A DNA stretch of 64,000 nt from an uncultured Actinomycetota bacterium. Its GTDB lineage: Bacteria; Actinomycetota; Actinomycetes; Propionibacteriales; Nocardioidaceae. The DNA lies in contig CAWJTG010000001.1 of NCBI GenBank assembly GCA_963845795.1, forward strand, positions 967 to 64,966. Reading direction: 5' to 3'. The notes beneath the pieces are model-generated. The model saw only the letters and a list, made by a program, of their open reading frames with translations, was not told the DNA's origin and ran no database searches. Positions 9,811-19,504 of the stretch are shown in pieces. Both the position numbers and the translations under genes were made by a program. Each line of letters starts with the position of its first letter. The first letter of the stretch is position 1.

Positions 9811-11234
9811 GGGCTCTCCCGCTCCGTCGACGTCGGCGGGCACCGGGCGGCGTCGACGGAGAGCTCGACACCGGTCGGGAACAGCTCGACCCAGGTGTCG
9901 GGGACGACGATGTCGCCGACGTCGCCGTAACCGAGCTGGCTCTTGGCCTCGCCGATCAGCGGGTACACGAAGCCGCGGTCGTCGATGAGGGCGGAGGGCG
10001 CGGCCCCGTCGGTGTCCCAGTCGCCGACCCGGACGACGGCACCGCGACCAGGCTCGACGAACCGCTCGACGCTGCCGGCCGGAACCTCGGCCGCCGAGGC
10101 CTCGCCGTCGAACGTGCTCGCGAGGCGCGCGCCCGGGGCGCCCTCCTCGACAGCGTCGAGCAGGGCGCAGTGCTCGCCGGAGTCCTTCTCGGCGAGTACG
10201 TCCGCCGGCCAGTTGATCCCCAGGTCGCCGGTGTCCTGGATCGTCCCGGGCCTCGTGTCGGCCTCGATCTCGGACGCGGTGAAACCGCGCGGCTTCTGGA
10301 GGTTCTGGTAGACCGCCAGCGAGAACGGGTCCAGCTCGGTGGCGACCGGCTCGTCGGTGACGAGGTAGGTGGTGTCGCCGACGACGACCAGGTCGCCGAC
10401 GCCGGCGCCGTCCGGCACCCCCGGCGCCGCCTGCGCGGGCGGCCTGCCGATCCGGTCGGCGTCGAGCCCGAGCGACGCGAGCGTGAGGGGCGCGCCGGGT
10501 GTGAAGAGGTCCAGCCACTGCCGCGGGACCTGGAGGGCGTCGTCCGCGCTCTTCTGGGCGATCGGCCGCAGGATCGGGTCGGCGTTGCGCTGGGTGATCT
10601 CGTAGTAGTAGGCGCGGGGGACGCCGCGCTCGGTGCCGGCCAGCGACTCGGCGACGAGGTAGAGCCGGCCGCCCGAGCGGACGACGAAGCCCTGGTCCGG
10701 CGTCGGTTCGACGTTCTGCTGCGAGGTCAGCGTGACCTTGACGCCGAACCGGTCACCGGTGGTGGGGTCGCTGCCCGTGCACGCCGACCAGCCGGTGGGC
10801 TGCAGGGTGCCGGACGCCGGTGGGGTGCCGGGCGCCTGCAGGATGCCGATCGGCTCGCCGCGCTCCTTGTCGGCGATGGCGTCGCGGCCGACGTCGGTCT
10901 TGTCCAGGTCGGGGCCGAGCAGCAGCATCGCCGAGGTGATGTTGACGACCGGCCGCAGCGGGCCGTCCTCGGTGAGGATGACGTAGTTGGCCCCGGTCTC
11001 CTTCTCGCTGACCAGGCCGACCTTCTCCCAGTCGCCCGGGTCGCGGTTGGTGAGGATCCCGAGCACCGCGGCACCGGCGATCATCAGCACCGCCAGCGCG
11101 ATCCCGCCGACGATGGTGCGACCCGGCCGGCTCGGCTCGACCTCACGGCCGCCGGGCGCGCCGGACACGAAGGCCGTGACCAGCCGCCGTCGGCTGAACG
11201 AGTAGGCCTCGACGAGGTCCTTCTTGGTGGCCAT
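9795..11234 (-). CDS. eccB: Type VII secretion membrane protein EccB
   Basis: MATKKDLVEAYSFSRRRLVTAFVSG, single N-terminal TM, LRPVVNITSAMLL, IGILQAP, WSAC, C-terminal LGYG...VPDTWVELFPTGVELS. Confidence 0.92.
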   Translation of the reverse strand: MATKKDLVEAYSFSRRRLVTAFVSGAPGGREVEPSRPGRTIVGGIALAVLMIAGAAVLGILTNRDPGDWEKVGLVSEKETGANYVILTEDGPLRPVVNITSAMLLLGPDLDKTDVGRDAIADKERGEPIGILQAPGTPPASGTLQPTGWSACTGSDPTTGDRFGVKVTLTSQQNVEPTPDQGFVVRSGGRLYLVAESLAGTERGVPRAYYYEITQRNADPILRPIAQKSADDALQVPRQWLDLFTPGAPLTLASLGLDADRIGRPPAQAAPGVPDGAGVGDLVVVGDTTYLVTDEPVATELDPFSLAVYQNLQKPRGFTASEIEADTRPGTIQDTGDLGINWPADVLAEKDSGEHCALLDAVEEGAPGARLASTFDGEASAAEVPAGSVERFVEPGRGAVVRVGDWDTDGAAPSALIDDRGFVYPLIGEAKSQLGYGDVGDIVVPDTWVELFPTGVELSVDAARCPPTSTERESPCAAS

Positions 11235-11242
11235 CGCGGTTC

Positions 11243-12598
11243 CTACGGGGACGGGATCGCGTCGAAGAGCCCGCTGGCCAGCACGAGCAGCGGCAGCAGC
11301 GAGAGCAGGGAGATGGTCTCGACGACGTCGCCGAACCGACCGCGCCGCACCGACGGACCGCTCGGCAGGAGTGTGGCCACCAGCAGCAGCGCGCCGGTCA
11401 CCGCGAGGACGACGGCGACCGTGGGGCGCCACTCCTCCCAGCGCACCAGCACCGACCCGGCGGTGACGAGCAGGCCGAGCACCCCCGACACCAGACCGAC
11501 GAGCACGCCGGAACCGGTGCGGTACTGGCGGGTGCGGAGCATGACCACCAGGGAGGCCATGACGGCGAGCAGCGTGCCGTACAGACCGCGGTCGACGGCC
11601 AGCGGCGCGCTGAGCACGAGGAGCAGCCCGACGGTGGCCGAGATCGCGACCAGCACCTCGTGTGCGGTGCGCGCGTCCGCCGAGACCCGGCCGGGGTCGA
11701 CGTGCCGGGGGTCGGCGGTGATGTCCTCGGGTGCGTAGAGCTGGTCGACGGTGGTGCCCGTCATGCCGAGCGCCAGCCAGGGGAACACGCTGCCGGCGAG
11801 CACGACGACCGTCAGCACCACCACGAGCACGACGCCGGCGTCGGCGTCGGCCTCCCGCACGAGCAGACCGGTGCCCAGGTGCACGGCGCCGACCACCCCG
11901 GCGGGCACGAGCAGCGCGCGGCCCTGCCCGAGGCCGACCAGGCAGACCAGGGCGACGGCCAGGGCGGCGCCGCCGGCGGCGGCGGCGGGGTAGCCGTAGA
12001 AGGGGCCGTCGTCGGGGGCGAGCATGAAGGCGGCGAGGACGGCGAAGCCCACACCCGTCCACGCGACCGTGACGGCAGCCTCGGCCTCGCGCTGGGCGCG
12101 GGACAGCACGATGGCTCCGGCGACCATCACCACGGCGACGACGGCCGCGGCGGTGGCCGCGATGTCGGTGTCGAGCAGCAGCAGCGTCACCGCACCGAGC
12201 GCGAGCAGCAGGACGGCGGCCGCGAGCGCCGTCCGACGGCCGGAGGCGGGGTCCCAGGGGCGGAGCTCCTGCTCGACCACGTCGGTCATCGCCTCGACGA
12301 CGTCGTCGTAGACCGGCGGCACCGGCTCGTCGATGCCGGCGGAGATCATCACGACCGAGCCGTCCTCGACGCCTTGGAGGGTGAGGCCGCTGTCGGGCGC
12401 CAGCCGGCGCCCGTCGGAGGTGACGACGCGGTAGCCGCCGTAGACGGTGGCGCTGTCGAGCAGGCCGACGCTGCGCGCGAGCTCCGGCACGAGCTCGGCG
12501 ACGGGGACCGCGCCGGGGAGCACGAGGTCGACGCGGCGGGTGCCGGACGCGACCGTCACCCGCACCAACCCGGAGGTGCTGACCGAGCTCTGGCTCAC
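11243..12598 (-). CDS. eccD: Type VII secretion integral membrane protein EccD
   Basis: N-terminal ubiquitin/YukD-like domain (RVDLVLPGAVPVAELVPEL...GVEDGSVV), PVYDDVVEA linker, about 11 TM helices; RBS GAAGGAGG. Confidence 0.9.
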   Translation of the reverse strand: MSQSSVSTSGLVRVTVASGTRRVDLVLPGAVPVAELVPELARSVGLLDSATVYGGYRVVTSDGRRLAPDSGLTLQGVEDGSVVMISAGIDEPVPPVYDDVVEAMTDVVEQELRPWDPASGRRTALAAAVLLLALGAVTLLLLDTDIAATAAAVVAVVMVAGAIVLSRAQREAEAAVTVAWTGVGFAVLAAFMLAPDDGPFYGYPAAAAGGAALAVALVCLVGLGQGRALLVPAGVVGAVHLGTGLLVREADADAGVVLVVVLTVVVLAGSVFPWLALGMTGTTVDQLYAPEDITADPRHVDPGRVSADARTAHEVLVAISATVGLLLVLSAPLAVDRGLYGTLLAVMASLVVMLRTRQYRTGSGVLVGLVSGVLGLLVTAGSVLVRWEEWRPTVAVVLAVTGALLLVATLLPSGPSVRRGRFGDVVETISLLSLLPLLVLASGLFDAIPSP

Positions 12599-12701
12599 CG
12601 TTCCTCCTTCACGAGACGCCGCTGGATCGTAGGACACCACCCTGCCGCGCCCCGGAACGGCGACGGGGGAGTGACAGGCAGTGCCGAGGGGGTGACGTGG
12701 C

Positions 12702-12737
12702 GAAGGGCCGGCACCCCGTGCTGGGTGCCGGCCCTTC
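12702..12737 (-). terminator. GC-rich hairpin downstream of the WXG100 pair
   Basis: GAAGGGCCGGCACCC-N6-GGGTGCCGGCCCTTC, perfect 15-bp stem. Confidence 0.7.
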
Positions 12738-12762
12738 TCCGCGGTGCTGTCGTGCCGGGGAC

Positions 12763-13059
12763 TCAGCCGCCGAACAGGGCCGCGCCCTGGCGGTCGGCGG
12801 CGCGGTAGTCGTCGTTCGACGTGGTGACCTGGCGGTGCGTGTCGTTGAGGAGGTCACGCATCTCGTAGATCGCCTGGTCCCACTTGGCCTTGGCCACGTG
12901 GTAGGCCTGCTGGGCGTTACCGGCCCAGCTGCTCCTCAGCGGCTCGAGCTCGCCCTCGAGCTGGTTCATGCGCTCGTCGATGCGGGCGACCATCTGCCGC
13001 ATGTCGTCGACCGCGACCTCCAGTGCGCCGTGGTTGACCTTGATGCCGTCGAGGCTCAT
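12763..13059 (-). CDS. WXG100 family T7SS substrate (ESAT-6-like)
   Basis: 98 aa, central WAG, C-terminal YRAAD (YxxxD). Confidence 0.93.
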   Translation of the reverse strand: MSLDGIKVNHGALEVAVDDMRQMVARIDERMNQLEGELEPLRSSWAGNAQQAYHVAKAKWDQAIYEMRDLLNDTHRQVTTSNDDYRAADRQGAALFGG

Positions 13060-13100
13060 CTGCTGTCTCCTTCAAGTCTGGGGGGTCAGGGGATCCGGGA

Positions 13101-13418
13101 TCAGCCGAGCCGGGCGGTGAGGTTGCCCATGCGACCGGACTGGTCGTCGTCGTTGCTGGTGTTGACGCGCTCGGTCTGGCCCAGCGACTGGCTGAAGTCG
13201 TCGAGCGCCTTGACGATCGTGGTCTGCTTCTCGGTCCACGCCTGCTCGAGGACGAAGAAGGCATTGGCGCCCTGGCCACCCCACTGCCCGCGGAGCGAGC
13301 TGAGCTTGCCGCTGAGCTGCTGGCTGTATCCGGTGAAGTCCTGTCGGGCGGCGTCCACCAGGCCGGCGGCGCGGGTCAGGGTGCCCTGACCCTGTCCGTA
13401 CTCTGCGGAATGCGACAT
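13101..13418 (-). CDS. WXG100 family T7SS substrate (CFP-10-like position)
   Basis: 105 aa, central WGG, helical; RBS GAAGGAG. Confidence 0.92.
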   Translation of the reverse strand: MSHSAEYGQGQGTLTRAAGLVDAARQDFTGYSQQLSGKLSSLRGQWGGQGANAFFVLEQAWTEKQTTIVKALDDFSQSLGQTERVNTSNDDDQSGRMGNLTARLG

Positions 13419-13530
13419 GTGCCTAGCTCCTTCAGTGTGGCGGCCTGTCGCCGCCCGTTGGGGTATGGCCGAGATCTGCTTCCCAGCCCCTCCGCTCGGG
13501 CCTTGCGGTCGAAGCGGTGACCACTGCCGG

Positions 13531-13556
13531 GTACCCGAGGGGTGGGGCGCTAAACC
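13531..13556 (-). promoter_or_regulatory. sigmaF/sigmaB-type promoter upstream of the esx pair
   Basis: Minus strand GGTTT-N15-GGGTAC matches the actinobacterial SigF/SigB consensus GTTT-N15-17-GGGTA. Confidence 0.6.
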
Positions 13557-14927
13557 TCAGCCGATCGATTCCCACAGGACGCGGAACAGCCCGCTGGCCA
13601 CCACCACACCACCGATGGCGAACGCCCCGCTCACTGCCTCCGCCACCTCGGCGCGGCGCGACCACCAGGCCGAGCGCCAGCCGCGACCGAGCGCGACGCC
13701 GACGAGCACCAGCAGCGCGGCGAGGCCGATCGCCGAGGCCGCGACGGCGGTGCGGGCGTCCGGGCCGGCGAGCCGGAGCATCACGACGGCGACCGGCAGC
13801 CAGCAGGCCAGGCCGGCGAGCCGCAACAGGGCGCGGGCGGTGGCGTTGCGGAAGCTGCGCGCCGTCAGCAGCAGTGAGGCGCCGGCGAAGAACACGACGC
13901 CCCGGGCGCCCCACCGGTCGATCTCGAGGTCGGCGTCGCGCAGCAGCAACGGTGCCGCGACGGCGGCCACGACGAGCACGGCGAGGCAGGCGGCCGTGGT
14001 GGTGCGGGTGCCGGAGGACGCGACGGCGGCCACGGCGCGCCGCGGCACGATGATCCGGCCGCGGCGTCCGGCCGGGCGGTCGCGGGCCGACCAGGCGGTG
14101 ACGGCGAGGCGCTCCAGGTCGAGGAGGTACTGGTCGGGGACGTCGACCGCGAGCCCCGGCACGAACCGCGCCGCGAGCATCGCGAGCACCAGGAGGGCCG
14201 ACCACACGATCGGCGTCGACGCCTCGAGGACGGCGGCCAGCGCGGCGACGCCGAAGACGGCGCCCCCGACGACCATCCAGACCCGCAGCCCCTCGTCGTC
14301 CCGCTGGTCGAGGCCGCGGCAGAGCGCCGCGGTGGCCGCGCCGACGAGCCCGGTGACGCCGAGCACGAGCGGCAGCCGCTCGGGGGCGGGGTGCCACAGC
14401 AGGCCGAACGCGGCGGCGGCGGCGAACGCCGGGGCCGCGTGCCCGCGCTGGCCGGAGAGCGGGCCCAGCGGCACCGCGCTGAGGGCGGCGGCTGCGGCGA
14501 GGGCCACCAGCACCGCGGTGCGGGCGTCGGAGGAGTCGGGCAGGGAGGCGGCCAGCGCGCCGGCAAGGCCGGCGGCGACCGAGGCGATGGCGAGCCACAG
14601 CGCGGAGAGGCGGCCGCGCCGGAGCGCCCGGCTCGCCCCGGCCATCCCCCGACGTCGCGTGCGCCTGCCGGCGTCGCGGGAGACCGCGGCCAGGACGGCG
14701 CCGCTGCGCAGCCCCACCTCGGCGAGAGTGGTGCCGGCGGTGAGCCGCGTGCCGAGTGCGGTGGTGAGCTCGAAGGGCTCGGCGTAGCCCGAGATCCGGG
14801 CGTACTCGCCCGCGACGTCGGCGCCGGAGGCACCCGACGGCACCTGCAGGTCGACGACGCCGGCGGGGCCGTGGACGCTCACCGAGAGCACGTCGGCCGG
14901 GGCGGCCGCCCGTCCGGCTGTGCTCAT
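13557..14927 (-). CDS. Second, divergent EccD-like membrane protein (ubiquitin-like domain plus multi-TM)
   Basis: SVHGPAGVVDLQVPSGA...TLAEVGLRSGAVL ubiquitin-like domain, many TMs, WWSRRAEVAE...LF C-terminus typical of EccD. Confidence 0.72.
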   Translation of the reverse strand: MSTAGRAAAPADVLSVSVHGPAGVVDLQVPSGASGADVAGEYARISGYAEPFELTTALGTRLTAGTTLAEVGLRSGAVLAAVSRDAGRRTRRRGMAGASRALRRGRLSALWLAIASVAAGLAGALAASLPDSSDARTAVLVALAAAAALSAVPLGPLSGQRGHAAPAFAAAAAFGLLWHPAPERLPLVLGVTGLVGAATAALCRGLDQRDDEGLRVWMVVGGAVFGVAALAAVLEASTPIVWSALLVLAMLAARFVPGLAVDVPDQYLLDLERLAVTAWSARDRPAGRRGRIIVPRRAVAAVASSGTRTTTAACLAVLVVAAVAAPLLLRDADLEIDRWGARGVVFFAGASLLLTARSFRNATARALLRLAGLACWLPVAVVMLRLAGPDARTAVAASAIGLAALLVLVGVALGRGWRSAWWSRRAEVAEAVSGAFAIGGVVVASGLFRVLWESIG

Positions 14928-15074
14928 CGACTGCTCCTCCTGCCGGGTCGCACGACCCAGGTGTGCCCCGGTCCGCGGAAGGGTAGTCCCGGCTGCGACC
15001 GGTGCCTATCATCGTGCTTCCTCCTGACCGTCCGGGCGGGACGGGCGCCAGTCCTGGGGTGGGAGGATCCGGTC

Positions 15075-18000
15075 GTGACGACGCAGCAGGGCGGGAGCCG
15101 CAGCGGCACCCCCGCCGGACGGCCGCAGCCGGCCGCTCCCGTCGTCGCGCCCACCGGCTCCAGCGGTCGCGGCTCACCGGCACCCGCCGACCCGCCGTCG
15201 GGCGGCCAGACGCTGCGGGGCACGCGGGTCGAGGAGCCGCAGCTGCCGACCGGGCAGCTGGTGCTGCAGCCGCCGCCGCAGATCCAGCAGGGCGAGGGCG
15301 CGGCCGGCATCGCGATGAACGCGATCCCGATGCTCGGCAGCCTCGGGTCGATCGTCCTGGTGGCCACCATCAGCACCGGCTCGGGCAACAGCAGCCGCGC
15401 CTTCCTGGCCGCCGGCATGTTCCTGTTCGCCACCCTCGGCTTCATCGTCGTGCAGATCGACCGGCAGCGGAAGCAGCGTGCGCAGCAGGTCACCGGCTCC
15501 CGCACCGAGTACCTCCGCTACCTCGCCAACGTGCGCCAGGTCTCCCGCGAGGCCGCGGTGCAGCAGCGTCGGGCGCTGACCTGGCACCACCCGGCGCCGT
15601 CCTCGTTGCCGGCGATCGCCGAGGAGCGCACCCGGGTCTGGGAGCACACCTCGGGCGATGCGCAGTTCCTGCACGTGCGGTACGGCGTGTGCGCGCAGCC
15701 GCTGGCCCTCGAGCTGGTGCCACCGGAGAGTGCGCCGATCGACCAGGTCGACCCCGCAGCGGCGTCCGCGCTGCACCGGCTGCTCGTGGTGCACCGGCTC
15801 CAGCCCGACCTGCCGGCCTCGGTCGACCTGCGGGCCTTCGACCGGATCGAGGTGTGCGGGGAGGAACAGCAGGCGCGGTCGCTGGCCCGGGCGCTGATCT
15901 GCTCGGCCACCGCCTTCCAGTCCCCCGAGCACCTCGCGGTCGCCGTGCTCTGCTCCGAGGCCCACCTCGCCGACTGGGACTGGCTGAAGTGGCTGCCGCA
16001 CGGCCAGAGCCAGGAGCTCACCGACGCCGTCGGCCCGATGCGGATGGTGTCGACGTCGCTCAGCGACCTGGCGGCGCTGCTGCCGCCCGATCTCGCGGAG
16101 CGACCCCGGTTCGGCGCCGACGAGCGGCCCCCGACCCCGCACATCCTGCTCGTCACCGACGGCGTCGAGCTGCCGCCGGGCAACCACGTGATCCCGCCCG
16201 ACGGCCTGCACGGCGTCACGGTGCTCGACCTCCCCGTCCGGTGGGCCGAGATGGAGAGCGCGACGAGCCTGCGGCTGCTGCTGGAGTCCGGTCCGGTCGA
16301 GGGCGCCACCGAGGCCTCGCTCGGCGTCGAGGGGGCCGACCGCATGGTGCCGCTGCAGGCGCTGCGGCTGCGCGAGGAGCCGATCCGCGCCAAGGGCGAC
16401 CAGTGCGACCTCGCCACCGCCGAGGCCTTCGCCCGCCGGCTGACACCGCTGCACAGCGTGGCCGTCGTCGGGCCGGCCGACACCAACCCGGGCGAGCTCC
16501 GCGGTCCGTCGGACTTCATGGACCTGCTCGGCCTCGGCGACGTCCGCGAGTTCGAGCCCGGCGCCGCCTGGGTGTCGCGCCCCGCCCGCGACCGGCTGCG
16601 CGTGCCGATCGGCCTCGGCGAGGGCGGCAGCCTGGTGCACCTCGACATCAAGGAGTCGGCCCAGCAGGGAATGGGTCCGCACGGCCTGGTGATCGGCGCC
16701 ACCGGGTCGGGCAAGTCGGAGTTCCTGCGCACCCTGGTGCTCGGGCTCGCGCTGACCCACTCACCCGAGCAGCTCAACATGGTGCTCGTCGACTTCAAGG
16801 GCGGTGCCACGTTCGCGGGCATGACCGACATGCCCCACGTCTCGGCGGTCATCACCAACCTCGCCCAGGAGCTCACCCTGGTCGACCGCATGCAGGACGC
16901 GCTCTCCGGTGAGATGGTGCGCCGTCAGGAGCTGCTCCGCCAGGCGGGCAACTTCGCCTCGATCCGCGACTACGAGAAGGCCCGCGCCAACGGCGAGGAC
17001 CTCGCGCCGATGCCGTCGTTGTTCATCGTCGTCGACGAGTTCTCCGAGATGCTGTCGGCCAAGCCGGAGTTCATCGACCTGTTCGTCGCGATCGGGCGCC
17101 TCGGCCGCTCGCTCGGACTCCACCTGCTGCTCGCCTCCCAGCGGCTCGAGGAGGGCCGGCTGCGCGGCCTGGAGTCGCACCTGTCGTACCGGATCGGCCT
17201 GCGCACGTTCAGCGCCCAGGAGTCGCGGGCCGTGCTGGGCGTCCCCGACGCCTACGAGCTGCCGGCCTCGCCCGGTCTCGGCTACCTGAAGCCCGACCCC
17301 ACGACGCTCACCCGGTTCAAGGCCGCCTACGTGTCGGGCCCGCCGTCCGCCGCCCGCTCGCGGGTGCGGCGCGACGCCGGCGGCCACGTCCGCGGCATCC
17401 TGCCGTTCACGATCGCCCGGGTCCGCGACCTCGAGCCGATCGACGTCACCCCCGACCCCGAGCCGGTCGCGGAGCAGGAGTCGCAGGAGACGCTGTTCGG
17501 GGTCGCGGTCGGGCGCATGGACGGGCACGGCCCGGCGGCCCACCAGGTCTGGCTGCCGCCGCTCGACGTCCCCGACACCCTCGACGACCTCATGGGTGAC
17601 CTCGTCGAGGACCCGCAGCTCGGGCTGGTCTCCCCGCAGTGGCGCGAGCTCGGCGGCCTCACCGTGCCGCTCGGCACCGTCGACCGGCCGCGCGAGCAGC
17701 GTCGCGACACCCTCAGCGTCAACCTCAGCGGCGCGTCCGGCCACGTCGCGGTGGTGGGCGGGCCGCGCAGCGGCAAGAGCACCCTGCTGCGCACGATCGT
17801 CACGAGCATGTCGCTCACCACGACGCCGCTGGAGTCTCAGTTCTTCGTGCTCGACTTCGGGGGCGGCACCTTCGCGCCGCTCGCCGCCCTGCCGCACGTC
17901 GCCGGCGTCGGCACCCGCTCCGAGCCCGATGTCGTCCGCCGCGTCGTGGCCGAGGTCGCGGGCGTCGTCGACCGGCGCGAGGCCTACTTCCGGGCGAACG

Positions 18001-19238
18001 CCATCGACTCGATCGAGACCTACCGGCGTCGCCGCGCCGCGGGTCGCGCCGACGACGGCTGGGGCGACGTCTTCCTCGTCATCGACGGCTGGAGCACGCT
18101 GCGCGCGGACTTCGACGACCTCGAGCAGGCGATCCAGCAGCTCGCCTCGCGCGGCCTCACGTTCGGCCTGCACATCATCACCGGCACCGCCCGGTGGGCC
18201 GACTTCCGCGCCGCGATGCGCGACCTCATCGGCACCCGGCTCGAGCTCAAGCTGGGTGACGCGATGGACTCCGAGATCGACCGCAAGGTCGCCCAGCTGG
18301 TGCCGTCCGGGCGACCGGGCCGCGGTCTGGTGTCGGGCAAGCTCCACTTCCTCGGCGCGTTGCCGCGCATCGACGGCGACGCCGACCCCGACTCGCTCGG
18401 TGAGGGCGTCGACGACCTCGTCGCGAAGACGCGGGCCGCGTGGACGGGCCCCTCCGGCCCGAAGCTGCGACTGCTCCCCGACAAGATCGAGCTGGACGCG
18501 GTCCGCGAGCAGGCGGACGCGACCGACGGCCCGGGCGAGGGCGGGCGTCTCATCCTCGGCATCAACGAGAAGGACCTCTCCCCGGTCGGCCTCGACCCCG
18601 ACACCGAGCCGCACCTGCTGATCCTGGGCGACGGCGGGTCGGGCAAGAGCGCCGTGCTGCGGACCATCGCGCACGAGATCATGCGCACGCGCACGCCCCA
18701 GGAGGCGCAGCTCGTGGTGGTCGACTACCGGCGCTCGCTGCTCGGCGAGGTCCCGGAGGAGTACCTGCTCAACTACCTCACCTCGGGCACCCAGGCGCAG
18801 CCGGCGATCCGCGACCTCGCCACCTACCTCGAGAGCCGCATCCCCGGCCCCGACATCACCCCCGAGGAGCTGCGCAGCCGCACCTGGTGGACCGGCGCCG
18901 AGGTGTACGTGCTCGTCGACGACTACGACCTCGTCGCCACCCAGCAGAGCTCCCCGGTGGCGCTCCTCCAGCCGATGATCGCCCAGGCCCGCGACGTCGG
19001 CCTCCACCTCGTCGTCGCCCGCCGCTCCGGCGGCGCATCCCGCGCCCTCTACGAGCCGGTCATCCAGTCGCTGCGCGACCTCGCGATGCCCGGGATGATG
19101 CTCTCCGGCAGCCCCGAGGAGGGGCCGCTGCTCGGCAACCTGAAGCCGCAGAAGATGCCGCCCGGTCGCGCCCGCCTCCTCACCCGCGAACGTGGCGTCG
19201 AGGTCATCCAGACCGCGTGGACCGACCTGTCGCTGTGA
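15075..19238 (+). CDS. eccC: Type VII secretion FtsK/SpoIIIE ATPase EccC (EccCa and EccCb fused)
   Basis: Two N-terminal TMs, DIKESAQQGMGPHGLVIGATGSGKSE, VVDEF, AHQVWLPPL linker, GGPRSGKST, GDGGSGKS; GTG 15075 after GGAGG. Confidence 0.96.
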   Translation: MTTQQGGSRSGTPAGRPQPAAPVVAPTGSSGRGSPAPADPPSGGQTLRGTRVEEPQLPTGQLVLQPPPQIQQGEGAAGIAMNAIPMLGSLGSIVLVATISTGSGNSSRAFLAAGMFLFATLGFIVVQIDRQRKQRAQQVTGSRTEYLRYLANVRQVSREAAVQQRRALTWHHPAPSSLPAIAEERTRVWEHTSGDAQFLHVRYGVCAQPLALELVPPESAPIDQVDPAAASALHRLLVVHRLQPDLPASVDLRAFDRIEVCGEEQQARSLARALICSATAFQSPEHLAVAVLCSEAHLADWDWLKWLPHGQSQELTDAVGPMRMVSTSLSDLAALLPPDLAERPRFGADERPPTPHILLVTDGVELPPGNHVIPPDGLHGVTVLDLPVRWAEMESATSLRLLLESGPVEGATEASLGVEGADRMVPLQALRLREEPIRAKGDQCDLATAEAFARRLTPLHSVAVVGPADTNPGELRGPSDFMDLLGLGDVREFEPGAAWVSRPARDRLRVPIGLGEGGSLVHLDIKESAQQGMGPHGLVIGATGSGKSEFLRTLVLGLALTHSPEQLNMVLVDFKGGATFAGMTDMPHVSAVITNLAQELTLVDRMQDALSGEMVRRQELLRQAGNFASIRDYEKARANGEDLAPMPSLFIVVDEFSEMLSAKPEFIDLFVAIGRLGRSLGLHLLLASQRLEEGRLRGLESHLSYRIGLRTFSAQESRAVLGVPDAYELPASPGLGYLKPDPTTLTRFKAAYVSGPPSAARSRVRRDAGGHVRGILPFTIARVRDLEPIDVTPDPEPVAEQESQETLFGVAVGRMDGHGPAAHQVWLPPLDVPDTLDDLMGDLVEDPQLGLVSPQWRELGGLTVPLGTVDRPREQRRDTLSVNLSGASGHVAVVGGPRSGKSTLLRTIVTSMSLTTTPLESQFFVLDFGGGTFAPLAALPHVAGVGTRSEPDVVRRVVAEVAGVVDRREAYFRANAIDSIETYRRRRAAGRADDGWGDVFLVIDGWSTLRADFDDLEQAIQQLASRGLTFGLHIITGTARWADFRAAMRDLIGTRLELKLGDAMDSEIDRKVAQLVPSGRPGRGLVSGKLHFLGALPRIDGDADPDSLGEGVDDLVAKTRAAWTGPSGPKLRLLPDKIELDAVREQADATDGPGEGGRLILGINEKDLSPVGLDPDTEPHLLILGDGGSGKSAVLRTIAHEIMRTRTPQEAQLVVVDYRRSLLGEVPEEYLLNYLTSGTQAQPAIRDLATYLESRIPGPDITPEELRSRTWWTGAEVYVLVDDYDLVATQQSSPVALLQPMIAQARDVGLHLVVARRSGGASRALYEPVIQSLRDLAMPGMMLSGSPEEGPLLGNLKPQKMPPGRARLLTRERGVEVIQTAWTDLSL

Positions 19239-19278
19239 CGAGGGCCTGCGAGCCTGCGAGCAGGTGCCCTCGTCGAGG

Positions 19279-19382
19279 GTGGTCGAGCACGCGTCGGTGC
19301 CTGAGGAACGACGGCAGCGAGAGCGCGTCGGGCCGGGGATCTCGACACGGGTCTCGCTGCGCTCGCCCCGGCTCGATCACCG
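19279..19382. repeat. REP-like palindromic element after eccC
   Basis: GTGGTCGAGC...GAGGAACGA...TCTCGACAC...GCTCGATCACC; inverted ends; similar to 8448-8501. Confidence 0.5.
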
Positions 19383-19504
19383 GGGCCGTCACCTGTGCAG
19401 GCGCTCCCCCGGCCCGGTCACCGGGGCTGTGACGCGTGCAGGCGCTCTCCCGGCTCGATCACCGGGGCTGTTAGGCGTGCAGGTGCTCGCCCGGCCCGGT
19501 GACC
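19367..19504. repeat. Degenerate 41-bp tandem repeat, about 3.4 copies
   Basis: Units CCCGGCYCGRTCACCGGGGCYGT.....GTGCAGGYGCTC start at 19367, 19408, 19449 and 19490; the last units overlap the SnoaL gene 3' end. Confidence 0.85.

Noticed and set aside
19367-19504. Possible CRISPR array
   Set aside because: Units are contiguous with no unique spacers, overlap a gene end, and no cas genes are present
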